Below, piece by piece: positions 26,312 through 40,931 of a stretch of DNA of 64,000 nt. Source of the stretch: Eledone cirrhosa (taxonomy: Eukaryota); contig OZ024745.1 of NCBI GenBank assembly GCA_964016885.1, positions 80,290,001 to 80,354,000 of the forward strand, written 5' to 3'. The notes beneath the pieces are model-generated. The model was given only the letters and a program-made list of their open reading frames with translations. It was not told the DNA's origin and did not search any database. Each line of letters opens with the position of its first letter. Position 1 is the stretch's first letter. Made by a program: the position numbers and the translations under genes.

Positions 26312-27876
26312 ATCATCATCATCATCATCATCGTTTAACGTCCATATTCCACGCTTGCATGGGTTTGGACGGGAGTTTTCCCACTTGAGGCAAGAGTGGT
26401 TGTCTTGCTCGCATCGGACTGTCTGGCGGGTTTTCTACGGCTGGATGCCCTTCCTAACACCAACCACATTTACAGTGTGGAACTGGGAGGTTTTTACCGT
26501 GTTACCTACACGGCCACATTACAGCGTGGACTTATTGCACCAGAGCACCGGCCACATATAAAATCTATGGTTCTTAGTTAGCTTACCTGTGATCCCACCA
26601 CATCTTTTATGCACCCATACTTTGCATTTGGGACATAAAATGGAGTTTCTACCTACTCCTTTCCTACACACTGAGCATGGCCATTTCCCGGAGGGGGACC
26701 GGTGCCCTATTTTCCTTCCTACAAACTAGAACTTTAGTCTTAGACAGGTTAATTTTAAGGCCTTTTGATTCTAGGCCATGCTTCCATGTTTGGAATTTCT
26801 TCTCTAGTTCGGCCATTGATTCAGCTATGAGCGTTAGATCATCTGCATATAGGAGTTCCCATGGGCAGCCGGTCTTGAATTCCTCTGTTATAGCCTGAAG
26901 GGCAATAATAAATAGTAGGGTGCTAAGAACGGAGCCCTGATGAGCACCAACTTTTACGCTAAACTCTTCACTATATTCGTTGTTAATTCTAACCTTGCTG
27001 ACTGTTTCTTTATACATGGCTTGTATAGCTCTCACAAGCCATTCATCAACACCTAGTTTTCTAAGAGCCCACCAGATAATGGAACGGGGGACTCTGTCGA
27101 AGGCTTTCTCCAAGTCGACAAAAGCTAAGTATAGGGGTTTACTTTGAGCTAGGTACTTCTCCTGTAGTTGTACAATGAAAAGAGCGTCTGTGGTACTTTT
27201 GCCTGACACAAACCCGAACTGCATTTCATCTAGATAAATTCTCTCTCTGATTAGTTGCACTATTACTTTTTGTGTGACCTTCATGACCTGGTCGATTAAT
27301 TTAATGCCTCTATAGTTACTCCTATCTAGGGCATCTCCTTTACCCTTATAGCAGTTAATGATGATGCTGCTACGCCAGTCATTCTGTATGACTTGGTTTA
27401 CTATCCGGGTGACCATTGTGTGTCCCACCGTTCCAGAGGCTTTCAGCATCTCAGCAACTATTTCCGAAGGCCCAGCCGCCTTACCCGTCTTCATATCTTT
27501 CGTTGCCTTACTTATTATACTACCTTCGATTAACACTGCTGGTCCCTCTATTGGGTCGATGTGGGGGAGACTGTCTTTCTCCCATTTAATCTCCTCATTT
27601 AGTAGCCTTTCGTAGTGACACTTTCAGGCTACCTTCTTATCAGCATCAGTGATGGCAAGTACACCATCATCATTAAGTACACACTTCTCCCCGACAATAT
27701 CACGGTTTTCCTTGACACATTGCCTAGCAATCCTGAACACCTCACGTTTTTGGTCCTCGCGTTGTAGAACATGCTTGAATTTTCTTTCCTCTGCTTCCCT
27801 TCTTGTGAAGTACACTTGTCTCCTAGATTCCCTCCTGGCCACTTGATAGTCTTCTCTACTTCCCCCATCCCGCCAT
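26312..27876 (-). mobile_element. RTE family A copy with internal deletion
   Basis: Tail 26312-26530 joined directly to the PHD region; ORF 26664-27536 nearly identical to positions 156-1000. Confidence 0.9.
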
Positions 27877-28372
27877 ATATTATATATATATATTATATAT
27901 ATATTATATATATATATATTATATTATATATATATATTATATATATATATATTATATTCAATATGTCTCATATGAAATAATACAGCCAATTTTCCACGCA
28001 ATACTTTTAGTTAGCACCGCGAACGCATAATTAGGAATATAATCACTTATTTCCTAATGTTTATTGAGAGAGTTGTAATTTGGCCGGAGTATCGCTAAAA
28101 AGCTTTCTCAGATATTGTATTTATATATATATATTATATATATATATATATATATATTTTATATATATATTATATATATATATATAATATATATTATATA
28201 TATATATATATATTATTTATATATTATTTTATATATTCATTAGTTAAGCAAAACAAGGTCACAAACTTCACAAGGAAGACATTATTAAAACATTGTCAAC
28301 ATATTTTAGTTCGATTTAGTTTTATATATATAATATATGTTATATATATATATATATTATATATATATATAT

Positions 28373-28403
<31 letters not shown>

Positions 28404-28516
28404 ATATATATTATATATATTATATATATATATATATTATATATATATATATATTAAATATAATATATATATATATATTATATTATATTATATATATATT
28501 ATATATATTATATTAT

Positions 28517-28750
28517 ATCATCATCATCATCATCATCATCATTTTACGTCCACTTTTTCCCTGCTTGCAAGGGTGGGACGGGAACTGATTCTGGCCTGAT
28601 TTCTACAGCCGGATGCCCTTCCTAACACCAACCTCATTTACAGTGAGTGCTGGGTGCTTTTTTGCCGTGGCACCTCCACGACCACTTTGCAGTGGAATGA
28701 TATGGACCCCAGTCCCTATCATCTCATTTCTACAGCTGAGTAAACTGGAA
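28517..28750 (-). mobile_element. SINE-2, 5'-truncated
   Basis: Matches 13850-14060. Confidence 0.8.
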
Positions 28751-28767
28751 TAATGTGTATTATATTA

Positions 28768-29771
28768 TATATTCATTAGTTAAGCAAAACAAGGCCACAA
28801 ACTTCACAAGTAAGACATTATTAAAATATTGTCAACATATTTTAGTTTGATGTAAGGAATATAGAGAATAATAATAATAATATTAATAATATCGTGGCTC
28901 AACCGTTCAATGGACAAAGAAAATCTTGTGATCTCTGTGTTACGGAAGCATATTACATAACTCTATCACAACCTCTACCGTTTAACGATAGAACGGAGGT
29001 AACCATTAGCTGTCAACATCGAAGGGCTAATTCCTTCGCCAATAGAATTTTTGACCTAACTTAGTCATGTAGCCCCATTTTTACTTGTAGCTAATAAATT
29101 AAATTGCTATGAACAACTCGATAATTATAAGTTACCTCCCTTACATTGTCTATCAATTAAAAAATTTAAAAATTAGCACTTAACTTTAAACACTCACAAT
29201 TTCTAATCTCTCGAGTAGTTACTTCCCTGAAACCACCCTCTAATTAACAAGGTAAATATGCACTTTCGCAGCCATCTTGTTACCCATAGGCAGATCTCAC
29301 ACAATGCAGCCTCGACAGATAAATACTGCTTGATTATGGCTGACAGCTGATGCAACCAAGACACCATAGTGAAATACCAATATATGGAACATTATATTAT
29401 GTAACATTATCCCATTATTTTAATTTATATTCCTTTGAAGTTCCGATGAGCCGCTCTGTTTTTAAATATGTTAATTATGTTCAACTGACCCAGATCAATA
29501 ATGATATATAGTCATCTGATCCACAAATATTATATGGAGTAGCGAAACAATTGTAAACGGACATTATTATTATTAATATTATTATTATTATTCTCTACAT
29601 TCCTTACATCAAACTAAAATATGTTGACAATCTTTTAATAATGTCTTCCTTGTGAAGTTTGTGGCCTTCTTTTGCTTAACTAATGAATATTTCCAGCTCT
29701 GCGCACCTAACTTCTGCATGAACCCAGCCACCTAGCTGCTTTCTACTGCATATTGCACATTGAGCACATGC

Positions 29772-29773
<2 letters not shown>
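28768..29773 (+). mobile_element. PLE pseudo-LTR insertion with inverted 5' end (family P6); an extra fragment lies at 28235-28320
   Basis: 28768-28890 is the reverse complement of ~29568-29690; hammerhead-like motif at 29440. Confidence 0.7.
29440..29558 (+). ncRNA. Hammerhead-like motif, C4 variant, long stem II
   Basis: guu CCGAUGA g...agc GAAA caauug UA^ aac; palindromic acaauugu. Confidence 0.55.
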
Positions 29774-29854
<81 letters not shown>

Positions 29855-29872
29855 ATATGTATATATAATATA

Positions 29873-29922
<50 letters not shown>

Positions 29923-30024
29923 GTATATATAACATAATATATATAATATATATATATTATATAATATATATATATAATATATATATATTATATATATATA
30001 ATACATAATATATATAATATATAT

Positions 30025-30977
30025 ATCATCATCACCGTTTTACGTCCGTTCTTCCACGCTAGCATGGGTTAGACGGGTTGTCCTGTTGTGGGCAGTGTCT
30101 GGTCGGCTGACCATGCCTTGCTCATACAGGAACTGATCTGGCTTCATTTCTACAGCTGGATGCCCTTCCTAACACCAACCTCATTTACAGTGAGTGCTGG
30201 GTGCTTTTTCGTGGCGCCTACACGTCCACTTTACAGTGTGGGCTGGGTGCTTTTTTGCCGTGGCACCTCCACGACCACCTTGCGGTGGGGGGAGTGGGGG
30301 CATATTGTTTATATGCTTCAGCATGTACCCATGGGAGGTCGGGTACCCTGTATTACTGCGTGACGCCAGAAGTCACGGTCGTGTGTCATTGTCTTTGAGA
30401 GGTGTAGTTGGGTAAGGTCGGCTTTTATCACCTCATCCCAAGTCATCTTGGGTCTCCCCACTCCGCGGTTTCCATCAACTTCTAGTGCTCTGCACCTTTT
30501 TATGCAGCTGTCATCCTTCATACGCATCACATGTCCATACCAGCGTAACCGCCTCTCCTGCACGCAGCATTTGATTCCTCTTATGCTCAGTCTCTCTCTC
30601 AATTCCTTTATGCTTTGTCGTTCATGTATATTACTGTTACACATCCATCGGAGCATGCAGGTTTCGTTTCTCTCTAATCTACGTAAGTCTTCCACCTTCA
30701 GCGCCCAGGTCTCACTACCATGCAACATCGCTGTTCAGATACACGCATCATACAGTCTGCCTTTCATTCTGAGGGAGAAGCCTTTTGCAGCTAGCAGTGG
30801 TAGTAGTTCCCTAAACTTCTTCCATCCCGTTCTTACCCTAGTTATTGTACTTTCTGAGCACCCACCTCCGTTGCTAATTCGGTCACCTAGGTAGCAGAAC
30901 CTGTCTACTGTTTCTACAGGGCCCTCCCAGAGATTGGTGGTACTTGTTTCCTGTGGCTGTTTGCTTGCTGTTTCAGA
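30025..30977 (-). mobile_element. RTE family B 3' fragment
   Basis: Near-identical to 2570-3520. Confidence 0.92.
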
Positions 30978-31152
30978 TTATATACATAATATAATATAAT
31001 ATATATATATTATATATATATTATATTTTATATATATATGTATATTATATATATATTATATTATATATATATATATATTATATATATATATTATATATAT
31101 ATATATATTATATATATACATATATATATTATATATACATATTTATATTATA

Positions 31153-31227
<75 letters not shown>

Positions 31228-31231
31228 ATAT

Positions 31232-31265
<34 letters not shown>

Positions 31266-31330
31266 ATATTATATATATATATATATATTATATATATATA
31301 TATATATTATATATATACATATATATATAT

Positions 31331-31362
<32 letters not shown>

Positions 31363-31394
31363 ATTATATATATATATATATTATATATATATAA

Positions 31395-31618
31395 TATCAT
31401 CATCATCATCATCATCATCATCATTTTACGTCCGCTTTTCCCTGCTTGCAAGGGTGGGACGGGAACTGATTCTGGCTTGATTTCTACAGCTGGATGCCCT
31501 TCCTAACACCAACCTCATTTACAGTGAGTGCTGGGTGCTTTTTTGCCGTGGCACCTCCACGACCACTTTGCAGTGGAATGATAGGGACGCCAGTCCCTAT
31601 AATCTCATTTCTACAGCT
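31395..31618 (-). mobile_element. SINE-2, 5'-truncated
   Basis: (CAT)n + tttacgtccgcttttccctgcttgcaagggtgggacggg. Confidence 0.8.
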
Positions 31619-31720
31619 ATATATATATAATATATATATATATTATACATATATTATATATATATATATTATATATATATATAATATATATATATATATA
31701 TTATATATATATATATATAT

Positions 31721-31774
<54 letters not shown>

Positions 31775-31981
31775 ATATATATATATATTATATATATATA
31801 TATTATATATATATATATATTATATATATATATATTATATATATATATATATATTATATATATATATATATTATTTATATATATATATATATTATATATA
31901 TATAATATATATATATTATATATATATATTATATATATATATATTATATATATATTATATATATATATATATTATATATAT

Positions 31982-33899
31982 TACGAAGGAAAAGTGGTAA
32001 GGAACCAGGTGGACCATAACGCACCAAAGTACTCAATACTTAGGGTAGTAGAGTGGGTAATAGGAGCAAGTAAGACCCCGACGGCTGAGCTCAAGCCGTT
32101 TCGACGGCTAATTCTGGACTGAATGAAAATTTATTCTGGTATTTAAATAGCCGAGCTTATCAAGGTGTAATTCCATATATGGTCAAAGAGATAATCACCA
32201 GGATTGGTCACATCACAAGTTAGTAGTAAATCTGTCATGGCAAATTGGTGGGGGAAGGGGTAGCTAAACCTGCCGGTAGGAGAAAAAGGGAGAGGGAGTG
32301 GAGTAGACCCATTCATGCGTTGGTAGTGCCGGCTACAGCTGGGCGTGAGGTCAAAGAGGATACTGGGGGAGGAGGGGGAGGAAGTCGAAACGGTAAGTAG
32401 AACAATGAAGGGTAAAACTATAAAAAGTACTGAGAGAGAAAAAAAAAAAATAAGCAAAGTCTGGTTACTAAGACTTAAGTCTCTCGCTATTGCTAGGCTA
32501 AAGAAATACATAAATAAATAAATAAACAAATAAGTGAATAGAAGAATAGATAAATAAATTTTTTTTTTTTTTTTAAAAATATAATGAAGGAAAAAAAAAA
32601 AAATAATAATAATAAAAATAAACTAGGTGGGACGGAAAGATCTGGAGACGTAAGATCTTTTACATTCTTTTATCGCTTCCTCTATATTTCCTCCTTCCCC
32701 CCATCCCTCCCTGGTCCTTCCTCCCTAGTTCCTTTTCTTTGTCGTCGTCTTTTTCTCGCCCACCCGAGGTAGCCCCTCGGTCCCTTGTAGCTTCAGCACC
32801 CCCACCCCCCTCCCCTATTCTATGATAGATTTGGCTGACTCCGCTTTTTATAGCAGAGGTGTTAGACTTCGGATACTTGCCCCCTTCTCCGACCGCTGTC
32901 CCTTTTTTCCGTGCCTTCTATATTTCTTAGTGGCATCTTTGCTTTAATTTCTCGTTTATCCAGTATTTCTTTCTTCTTTTTCCCTTTTTTTTGGGGGGGG
33001 GGGGGGGGGGGGTGTTTCTGTATTAATTTTCCGTTCTTTACTTTTACTTCATACGATCTTTCATGTAGCTTGTATAAGACTTTTTGTTTCGTGGCGGTAC
33101 CCTTAGAGTTAGCACTAGTATTTTTTTGCGGGACCCTGAATTATATTCTCGTACTAGTTTACTTTCTTGCACTGGGTGGTTGCTGGTCCTGTGATTGGGG
33201 TAGAAACCTTTATTATTTTGTGGTAGTCTCTTTAGTATTTGGGCCCCCCCCCCCCTTTGTTGACCTGTCACCGTACGATACACGCACTTATACCTCGTAT
33301 AAGGGTCCCTTTATTTCCGTCCCACCTAGTTTATTTTTATTATTATTATTTATTTTTTTATTCTTCATTATATATATATATATTTTTTTTTTTTTTAAAT
33401 TTATTTATCTATTCTTCTATTCACTTATTTGTTTATTTATTTATTTATGTATTTCTTTAGCCTAGCAATAGCGAGAGACTTAAGTCTTAGTAACCAGACT
33501 TTGCTTATTTCTTTTTCTCTCTCAGTACTTTTTATAGTTTTACCTTTCATTGTTCTACATACCGTTTCGAGTTCCTCCCCCTTCCCCTCCCCAGTATCCT
33601 CTTTGACCTCACGCCCAGCTGTAGCCGGCACTACCAACGCATGAATGGGTCTACTCCACCCCCTCTCCCTTTTTCTCCTACCGGCAGGTTTAGCTACCCC
33701 TTCCCCCACCAATTTGCCATCATAGATTTACTACTAACTTGTGATGTGACCAATCCTGGTGATTATCTCTTTGACCATATATGGAATTACCCCTTGATAA
33801 GCTCGGCTATTTAAATACCAGAATAAATTTTCATTCAGTCCAGAATTAGCCATCGAAACGGCTTGAGCTCAGCCGTCGGGGTCTTACTTGCTCCTATTA
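31982..33899. mobile_element. PLE-type element with ~570-bp inverted arms (family P7)
   Basis: ~32058-32637 is the reverse complement of ~33313-33899; a hammerhead variant in each arm. Confidence 0.75.
33789..33882 (+). ncRNA. Hammerhead ribozyme, U3-A8 core variant (second copy at 32075-32168, minus strand)
   Basis: acccc UUGAUAA g..ggcua...uagcc..c GAAA cggcu ugagcuc agccg UC^ ggggu. Confidence 0.8.
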
Positions 33900-34043
33900 T
33901 ATATATACCAGTAATGCACTGGATAATTGCTGGCCTTGTGCCTAAAGTAGAAACAATTATATATATTATATATATATATTATATATATATATATATTATA
34001 TATATATTATATATATATATTATATATATATTATATATATATA

Positions 34044-34092
<49 letters not shown>

Positions 34093-34241
34093 ATTATATA
34101 TATATATTATATATATATATATATATTATATATGTATATATATATATATTATATATATATATTATATATATATATTATATATATATATATATTATATATA
34201 TATATTATATATATATATATATATTATATATATATATATAT

Positions 34242-36022
34242 CTAAGGCGGGTAAAATTCCCGAGATCCTTGGACAAGTTCTCTCCAGCGGTCTCTGTCCC
34301 TCATTATCGCTGCCATGTCCTGCGTCTCCAACAGACCAGTGTCTGTCCTTAGGGCATCAACATACGTTAACCTTGGTCTTCCTCTTCTAGTGTGTCCATG
34401 TAGGGGCTCCCAAAGGAGCACTGAGTGCAATGCAACTCTGGATGTCGGTGAGCATGTCCAGCTAACCTCAGTCTCCTCTGTGTCACTTTTGAGCTGACTT
34501 TTGGGATGCTCCCATACAGCTCTGAGTTTTTCATCCTCAGTGTATACTGATTAATGTTCAGGGCCATCCTCAACATTCTCGTGTAGCACCCATCCACCAT
34601 CTGAGTGAGTTTCTTGGTCAGTGTCCAAGTCTCAGACCCATACAGCAGCACAGACTCCACTACAGCAATGAAGAGGCGGACTTTCAGGTCTCTACGAAGG
34701 TCTGACTTCCACACCGATCTCAAGCTGTGGCACGCCACCGAAATGGAAGACTACTGAGAGACACCCTGCTGGAGGCGAACTTGATGGCGACCAACCTAAG
34801 GTTTAGGAAGAATCTGGGGAAGATGTGGACCTACATCTCAGATGTGCACCTGTCCAAGTCCCAGATTGATTTCATTCTGGTGAGGGAAAAAGTGGCGGAA
34901 TAGTGTTCTGAACACAGAACCATACAGCTATTTCAGTACACTGGGTAGTGACCACCGGCTTGTTATGAGTGAGGTCTGGGTGAGCTTAAGAAAGAGCAAG
35001 GCTCGGCCCCGGAGAGCAATCTATGACAGGGGAGCTTTCAAGGAAGATGATAAGCTACAGGAGAGGTTCACAGTGGAAGTGAGAAACAGGTTTAGTGCTC
35101 TGTGTGGAGAGTCAGAGGAGAGAGAGATTGGATGGACTGAGGAGAGTGTAACGAGGAGGTACGGGCACTTCACCAATGCAGTGGCGGAAGCAAGTGAAAC
35201 CCTGGTGCCGAGGAAAAAGAACAAAGGGAAGCACGTCAGCTCTGCAAACCCAAAAGTGTGTGCAGCCAGAGAACACCTGTAGGCTGCCAAGGACCAATTC
35301 TATGCTGATCCTACAGACGAGAGGATGGAGACTGTGGAGGTGATGAGGGAAGAACTCTGTACCACTTACACTGAGGTCATAGAGGAGGCACTGATAGAGA
35401 AGATCAGAAGTGTGGAGAGAACGGTTGACAGATCTGGATGTAAGGAGAGCTGGATGATCATCAACGAGATCACAGGCAGGAAGAGAAGGTGTTCGAGTCA
35501 GATCCAGGGAATGGGGCCCGAGGATAGGAAGAGGAAATGGCTAGACCATTTTAGGACCCTACTAGGAGAGCCACCCTCCACAGCCCAGAGCACTGGGGAG
35601 ATCAGGCGGCTGTTTGAGGAACTGGATGTTGAGACAGAGCCCTTCACCAGAGAGGAGCTTCAGAGAGCCAAGAAGAGAATCAAGGAGGGCAAGGTTCATG
35701 GAGAAGATGGAGTGGCATCAGAGGTGATGAAGAGGTGTGATTTTGATGATATCATCCTGGGGTTCTGTAACGGGGCACTGGAGAAGGGAGTTGCCCCGAA
35801 TCAGTGGAGGATCAGTAACATCGTCCCAGTGCCAAAGTAGGGAGATCTCTCTAACACCAACAACTACAGGGGGATCTCACTGACGTCACTTGTGGCAAAG
35901 ACCCTCAACAGGATGATTCTTAACAGGATCCAGCCTGAGATGGAGAAGAAGCTCAGGGACAACCAGAACGGCTTCAGAGAGGGTAGATCAACCACCAGTC
36001 ACATCTTGATGCTGAGGAGGAT
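34242..36022. mobile_element. RTE-like family D copy with 5' inversion
   Basis: 34242-34738 minus-strand 3' end (..REFYPP* directly on TA); 34740-36022 plus-strand APE-RT segment. Confidence 0.9.
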
Positions 36023-36096
36023 ATATATATTATATATATATATATATTATATATATATATATATATTATATATATATATTATATATATATATATAT

Positions 36097-36130
<34 letters not shown>

Positions 36131-36164
36131 ATATATTATATATATATATATATATTATATATAT

Positions 36165-36600
36165 ACACACACGTACACCTACACACACACACCACCTTCA
36201 GCCCTCCCCGCTCGGACACCCCGTCTCCCTCTCCCCACTCCACCCGCCACCACCCCTACACACCCCACACCCTTCCACCAGCTGTTTTAGCCCCCTTTTA
36301 ATTTCAGTTTATTTTGATCATGCTTTTATATTTAAATTTATTTCATTCCTTGTATTTTGATCATGCTTTATTTTTATTTTTATCTTTATTTTTTCATTCG
36401 CACCGTTTCCTTTGGCTATATGTCTCTCCACCACTCTCCTACACACCCTTTGAACTCTGTTCCCACACACTTCTCACCTGAGGAAGGGCTTATGCCCGAA
36501 ACGTCGTCCCCCACCAACACCCCACTCTCCAGAGCGTGAAATTAATAAACATTCGTTGTACTGCCTCTCTGTTTTGTCCCTGTTCAAATTTTTCCATTAT
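36165..36600 (+). mobile_element. PLE pseudo-LTR fragment with minimal hammerhead core (36478-36504)
   Basis: CTGAGGA agggc ttat gccc GAAACGTC followed by AATAAA; stem I only ~2 bp. Confidence 0.6.
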
Positions 36601-36818
36601 TATATATATATATATATTATATATATATATTATATGTATATATATATTATATATATATATATATTATATATATATATATTATTTATATATATATATATAT
36701 ATTATATATATATATATATTATTTATATATATATATATATTATTTATATATATATATATATAATATATATAATATATATATATATATATAATATATATAT
36801 AATATAATATATATTATA

Positions 36819-36861
<43 letters not shown>

Positions 36862-36945
36862 ATATTATATATATATTATATATATATATATATTATATAT
36901 ATATATAATATATATATATATATTATATATATATATATATTATAT

Positions 36946-36976
<31 letters not shown>

Positions 36977-37309
36977 ATATTATATATATATTATATATAT
37001 ATATATATTATATATATATATATATTATATATATATTATAGATATATATATATTATATATATATATTATATATATATTATATATATATATTATATATTAT
37101 ATATATATATATTATATATATATATATTATATATATATATATATTATATATATATATTATATATATATATATATTATGTATATATTATATATATTATATA
37201 TATATATATATTATATATATATATATTATATATATATATTATATATATTATATATATATATATATTATATATATATATATATATATTATATATTTATATA
37301 TATATATAT

Positions 37310-37342
<33 letters not shown>

Positions 37343-37682
37343 CGTTATTCCGGGTTGAATCGGAGGTAACCACAGTAAGTAAGGTACTCAATACATAGCA
37401 GAGTATAAAAGTTTTAATATAGATGAGATTCTACAGGACTAGAACTGTTTCATTCATTATAAATCATCATATATATATTATATATATATATATATTATAT
37501 ATATATATATTATATATATATATTATATATATATATTATATATATTATATATATATATATATATTATATATATATATATATTATATATATATATTATATA
37601 TATATATTATATATATATATATTATATGTATACATATTATATATATATATATTATATATATATATTATATATATATATTATA

Positions 37683-37719
<37 letters not shown>

Positions 37720-37723
<4 letters not shown>

Positions 37724-38478
37724 TAAAACATGTTTATAGAATCACAAGATAAAATATATACCATTTCTTCTCCCAATTAGCATAATTAACTATATAAAAA
37801 ATCGAATAGACCAGGCTATAAGAATGAGGCTTCTATGAAGAAATCTCCGACAAATAACCGAAACTAGCCCTTCGCGTCGGCCGCAACGGAATATTTATTG
37901 AATATTTCGACAGCGTAATCGCCTAGATATAGTCAACTAAACAGAATTAGGTGTAAAATAAACTAGGAGAAAATAGAATACATTTAAATACCTCTACCAT
38001 GGTTTCATCCGTATTTTGAGTTTTCCAATAATTATGTAATAATTATATAAACTCGAGCACCGGATTCATCAGGAAGTTTGCTCTTATCTAGACACTAAAT
38101 TTTCCGAAGTGATCGCGCCAAGAATTCATTCAAAATGGCTAAAAATCGTGACGTAGCCACGGTCAGGTTGGAAGGGGTGTGGTAGTTGCTTACGACTGGT
38201 GGCATTTTTGCTAGAAAGCACAGCACAATACAGCCAAATTTGTATCTCAACCTAATGGGAGATTATTATATATAAAAGTTTACATATATATATAAATATA
38301 TATACATATACGTGTTTTGCAATGGGTCACTTTGTGGCTCAATGAAAAATTAATAAATTAAATAATCAGAGCTATATATCATAAAACATGTCTATAGAAT
38401 CACAAGATAAAATATATACCATTTCCTCTCCCAATTAGCATAATTAACTATATAAAAAATCGAATAGACCAGGCTATA
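37720..38478 (-). mobile_element. PLE/retrozyme-like element with partial tandem repeat (~658-bp unit)
   Basis: atcataaaacatg block at 37720 and 38378; contains a hammerhead. Confidence 0.75.
37990..38077 (-). ncRNA. Type I hammerhead ribozyme
   Basis: acuuc CUGAUGA auccg...cggau GAAA ccaugg UA^ gaggu; palindromic stem III. Confidence 0.85.
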
Positions 38479-38538
38479 ATATATATATATATATAATATA
38501 TATATATATATATAATATATATATATATATTATATATA

Positions 38539-38595
<57 letters not shown>

Positions 38596-38607
38596 ATCTT
38601 ATATATA

Positions 38608-38650
<43 letters not shown>

Positions 38651-38704
38651 ATATATTATATATATATATATATTATATATATATTATATATATATATATA
38701 TATA

Positions 38705-39124
<420 letters not shown>

Positions 39125-39128
39125 TATA

Positions 39129-39273
39129 TGATGAAATGACAGTAAATAATAACATTGAAATATTGAATGTCTGCATAACTAAAAGTTTGTAGATAGCTAT
39201 TTTAGGTTATGTAACTGTTATAGAAACACGTGTCAATAAATTCCTTTCAACTAAACTGTATCCATTCAAATCT

Positions 39274-39277
<4 letters not shown>
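39129..39277 (+). mobile_element. PLE pseudo-LTR fragment truncated inside the hammerhead core
   Basis: (TA)n-TGATGA a-atgacagt...actgttat-a GAAA cacgtg TC AATAAA; C3 and stem I lost. Confidence 0.6.
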
Positions 39278-39338
<61 letters not shown>

Positions 39339-39407
39339 ATCTAACTATCTATATATATATATATATATAGATAGATATATATATATAATAGGATATAATA
39401 ATATATA

Positions 39408-39908
39408 CGGAATAGGCAGACCTAGAAAAACATGGGATGAGCTGATAAACTCCGACCTCACACACTTACACCTCTCCAAGACAATGTCACTGGACCGAGA
39501 CCTTTGGCGGTACTCAGTAACAGAGAAGACCCGCCTTGCCAGTAGGCATCTCTAACAAAATACACCCCGTCCCGCCACCACCCCCACCCCATCCACACCA
39601 CCCCGTTCTATGTAAAGTTATGTTGGTGCCGCGCCATCCAGGCCGAAATAAATGAGATCGTGTAGGTGTCACGACAAAAAAACACACAGTCCACGCTGTA
39701 ATGTGGCCGTGTAGGCAACACGGTAAAAACCTCCCAGACCCACACTGTAAATGTGGTTGGTGTTAGGAAGGGCATCCAACTGTAGAAAACCTGCCAGACA
39801 GTCCTATGCGAGCAAGACAATCACTCTTGCCTCAAGTGGTACTACCCCCGTCCAAACCCATGCAAGCGTGGAACACGGACGTTAAACGTTGATGATGATG
39901 ATGATGAT
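39408..39908 (+). mobile_element. RTE family A 3' fragment
   Basis: GRPRKTW end, UTR and (GAT)n tail. Confidence 0.88.
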
Positions 39909-39957
39909 ATATATATATATATATTATATATATATATCTATATATATATTATATATA

Positions 39958-40302
39958 GATTTTGAGTTTATGTTGGTTGTATACCAACACCTCAGTATGC
40001 AGGCTGGAGCACTCGACGAAGTGCGCAGGTTGGTTTGGTTACTCCGGAGTAGTGTAAAATAAAGTTAAATAAAAGTCAAATGATTAAAATTTAGCTTCGT
40101 TTATTACTGCTATATATATTTCAGTGACAGCCATCTTTGGCTGTGACCTCTTCAGGCAGTTTGAATTAGTATGGTATAGACAAGTACTAATTCAAACTGC
40201 CTGAAGAGGTCACAGCCAAAGATGGCTGTCACTGAAATATATATAGCAGTAATAAACGAAGCTAAATTTTAATCATTTGACTTTTATTTAACTTTATTTT
40301 AT
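39958..40302. mobile_element. PLE inverted pseudo-LTR pair
   Basis: ~40056-40171 is the reverse complement of ~40184-40302. Confidence 0.75.
40196..40250 (+). ncRNA. Type I hammerhead ribozyme (identical copy at 40106-40160, minus strand)
   Basis: acugc CUGAAGA ggu-c-acagcca aaga uggcugu-c-acu GAAA uauaua UA^ gcagu, followed by AAUAAA. Confidence 0.85.
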
Positions 40303-40371
40303 ATATTATATATATATATATTATATATATATATATATATTATATATATATATATATTATATATATATATT

Positions 40372-40403
<32 letters not shown>

Positions 40404-40542
40404 ATTATATATATATATATTATATATATATTATATATATATTATATATTATATATATATATATATATTATATATATATATATATAATATATATATATAT
40501 ATAATATATATATATATATATAATATATATATATATAATATA

Positions 40543-40584
<42 letters not shown>

Positions 40585-40601
40585 ATTATATATATATATA
40601 T

Positions 40602-40635
<34 letters not shown>

Positions 40636-40649
40636 ATATTATATATATA

Positions 40650-40688
<39 letters not shown>

Positions 40689-40689
40689 A

Positions 40690-40900
40690 TTAAATAAATG
40701 GAAACTATATTTATAAAACCATATTTATTTCATTATACATATTTCAGGGATATCATATTAACAATATGCTATGCCTTCCTCAGACAAAATACAATATAAA
40801 CAGTTTTATAGATAAATAGATTCGACATACCGTAACAACATCTACTTGCATTTGAAAAGGTTGATTTGGTAGTGAAAAAATTGTACACAGAGAGAAAGAA

Positions 40901-40931
<31 letters not shown>

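Noticed and set aside
27960-28120. Hammerhead in this short island (also 37343-37450)
   Set aside because: Only a possible GAAA half is visible; no core or stem I
32911-33465. 184-aa hydrophobic ORF
   Set aside because: Low-complexity T/G-rich sequence inside a repeat; no domain motifs
31982-33899. DNA transposon with long TIRs
   Set aside because: Arms are asymmetric (extra tail on one side), carry hammerheads and there is no transposase; a PLE inversion fits better
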